Positions 62,165 through 64,000 of a stretch of DNA of 64,000 bases are shown here, piece after piece. Numbering within the stretch: position 1 is the first letter of the stretch; each line of letters starts with the position of its first letter. This DNA is from Chiloscyllium plagiosum (taxonomy: Eukaryota): positions 9,373,492 through 9,437,491 of the forward strand of contig NC_057749.1 of the NCBI RefSeq assembly GCF_004010195.1, written 5' to 3'. The notes beneath the pieces were generated by a model. The model was not told the DNA's origin and made no database searches. It saw only the letters and a list, made by a program, of their open reading frames with translations. A program made the translations under genes and the position numbers.

Positions 62165-62278
62165 GCTTTCTGAAATAAAAATAGAAAGTGCTGGAGAAAC
62201 CCAGCAGGTCTGACAACATCAGTGGAAAGAGAAACAGAGTTAACATTTGGAGTCTGGTATGACTCTTCTGAGGAACCT
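62165..62278 (-). mobile_element. Family B unit, degenerate
   Basis: 'gtgctggagaaacccagcaggtctgacaacatcagtggaaagagaaacagagttaacattt'. Confidence 0.7.
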
Positions 62279-62889
62279 TTGTTCCAAATCTTAGCTTTTG
62301 CTAATTCTCTGACAGTCTGTGTTAAAATTCTCAGGGAAATGCAAAGGGACTGTTCTCCAAAATAGTTCTCATTGACCATTTTAACCAAGTTTATAAACAA
62401 GTATGTTTAAAGTGTGATGTGTTATTACAGCAACAATTTTGGCAAAGAACATTTTTGGAACATTCTTGGGGGAATGGAGATTTCCTCCAGTGCCTGTTTT
62501 CATGACACTGTAAAAGGAGCTAGAAAATTTTCCTTTGATCACTCGCTAGAAAACTTTAAACATTTTTACTGGAAATAGCAATCACAGGAAATAGTTTGCT
62601 ATGTTAAGACGAGATCACAAGATAAATACAGATGAGGTGGATAATTCAGCTCATCCATCTAAAAACATCCTACAATCTCTGTGCACTTTCAATTCAACAA
62701 TTTAAAGAAGAAAAATCATTTCAGGCTTTTATTTCCATGACATTACCAAACTGAAATCCATTCCCAAGTGTTGATTACTCTTGAAGACGTTTCCCTTGGC
62801 ATCTATGGTAAAGGAACAATTTTTAAAATTCACTCTTGGGACAACATGACCATTTTCCTGTGCACCAGATGTGACTCCAACCAGTGGAG

Positions 62890-63900
62890 AATTTGTCCCC
62901 ATTGACTCCAGTTAGTCAAATGCAGCCTTGACATTAAGGGCTGTCACTCTTACCTCACCTCTGGAATGCAGCTCTTTTGACCATCTTTAAACTAAGGCTA
63001 TAATGAGGTCAGGAACTGAGTGGCACTTGTGGAACCCAAACTGGGTGTCACTGAGCAGGTGCTGCTTGATAGTACTGTAGCTGACATCTTCCATCACTTT
63101 ACTAATTTTCGAGAGTAGATTGAAGGGCCAGTAAATTGGCTGGGTTGGATTTGTCCTGTTCTTTGTGTACAGGACATATCTGAGCCATATTGTTGGACAG
63201 ATGCCAATATTGGAACTGCACTAGAATAGCTTGGCTCGGGGAGCAGCAGGTTCTGGAGCACGGTTATTCAGTACTATTGCTGGAATGTTGTCAGAGTCTA
63301 CAACCTTTGCCATATCCAGCATCTCCAACCATTTCTTGATATCACATGCAATGAATAGAATTGGCTGAAGGCTGATATCTGTAATGCTGGGGACCACAGG
63401 GGAAGGCCAAGATAGATTATCCACTTGACACTTCTGGCTAAAGTTTGCTGCAAAAGCTTTAATCTTATCTTTTGCACTTACGTACTGGGCTCTTCCATCA
63501 TTGAGGATGGGAATATTTGTGGAGCCTTCTCCTCCAGTCAGTTGTTTGACTGTCCACCACCATTCAAAGTTGGATGTAACAGGACTGCAGAGCTCCATTG
63601 GTTTTTTTGATTCCCTAGCTCTGTCTATCACTTGCTGCTTATACTGTTTGGCATGCAAATAGTCCTGTTTGGTAACCTCACCAGGTTGACACCTCATCTT
63701 CAGGTATACCTGGTGCTGCTCCTGGCATGCCCTCCTGTAGTCTCCATTGAACCGGGGTTGATCCCCTTGCTTAATGGTACTGGTTGAGTGGGGGATATGC
63801 CGGGCCATGATGTCACAGATTGTGTTGGAGTACAATTGTGTTGCTGCTAACGGTCTACAGTGCCTCATGGATGCCCAGTCTTAAGTTGCTAGATCTGTTA
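62890..63900 (-). mobile_element. CR1/L2-group LINE ORF2 internal fragment (second family)
   Basis: ORF 63221-63868: EN-RT linker (DQPRFN..RRAC...WWWTVKQL...IPILND...AFAANFSQKC) leading into the RT start (LDMAKVVDSDNIPAIVL). Confidence 0.85.
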
Positions 63901-64000
63901 GGGGCGGCACAGTGGCTCAGTGGTTAGCACTGCTGCCTCACAGCACCAGGGACCTGGGTTCGATTCCAGCCTCAGGCAACTGTCTGTGTGGAGTTTGCAC
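63901..64000 (+). mobile_element. HE1-type SINE 5' part (runs off the window)
   Basis: A-box tggctcagtgg, B-box ggttcgattcc. Confidence 0.9.

Noticed and set aside
63901..63975. tRNA-like A/B boxes here and at 41017 and 12537
   Set aside because: These are SINE heads continuing into SINE bodies, not tRNA genes.
1..64000. CRISPR arrays, operons or other prokaryotic systems
   Set aside because: The DNA is eukaryotic and repeat-rich; there are no regularly spaced repeat-spacer arrays or dense ORFs.

Overview
This is repeat-dense, mostly non-coding vertebrate DNA. It is very probably from a shark, inferred from HE1-type tRNA/V-SINEs with CR1-type tails and Deu-domain SINE remnants. No recognisable host protein-coding gene is present. 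The long ORFs that can be identified are decayed retroelement fragments: CR1 (including a near full-length copy at 36.1-39.7 kb with zinc-finger/esterase ORF1 and APE-RT ORF2), a second CR1/L2-group LINE, L2, Tx1-like, Rex-Babar, RTE-like and Penelope-like elements (PLEs), plus one solo LTR with a 4-bp TSD. The most notable signal is about 25 short insertions from four sequence-unrelated families whose terminal repeats carry a minimal type-I hammerhead ribozyme, intact or decayed in most copies. The motif is CUGANGA, a family-specific stem II, then GAAA with a palindromic ACGU or AGCU stem III. Many of these insertions are tiny ORF-less fold-back units flanked by 8-16 bp target duplications. 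Other observations are three-layer nested insertions, a locally templated insertion, a micro-inversion, a junction-spanning tandem duplication, an AT-rich higher-order repeat, and CpG-rich non-repeat islands with splice-site-like signals that may belong to an unidentified, possibly non-coding, transcript. There are two assembly gaps (14434-14511, 51410-51681). Repeat family calls are by eye and element boundaries are approximate unless a TSD is quoted.
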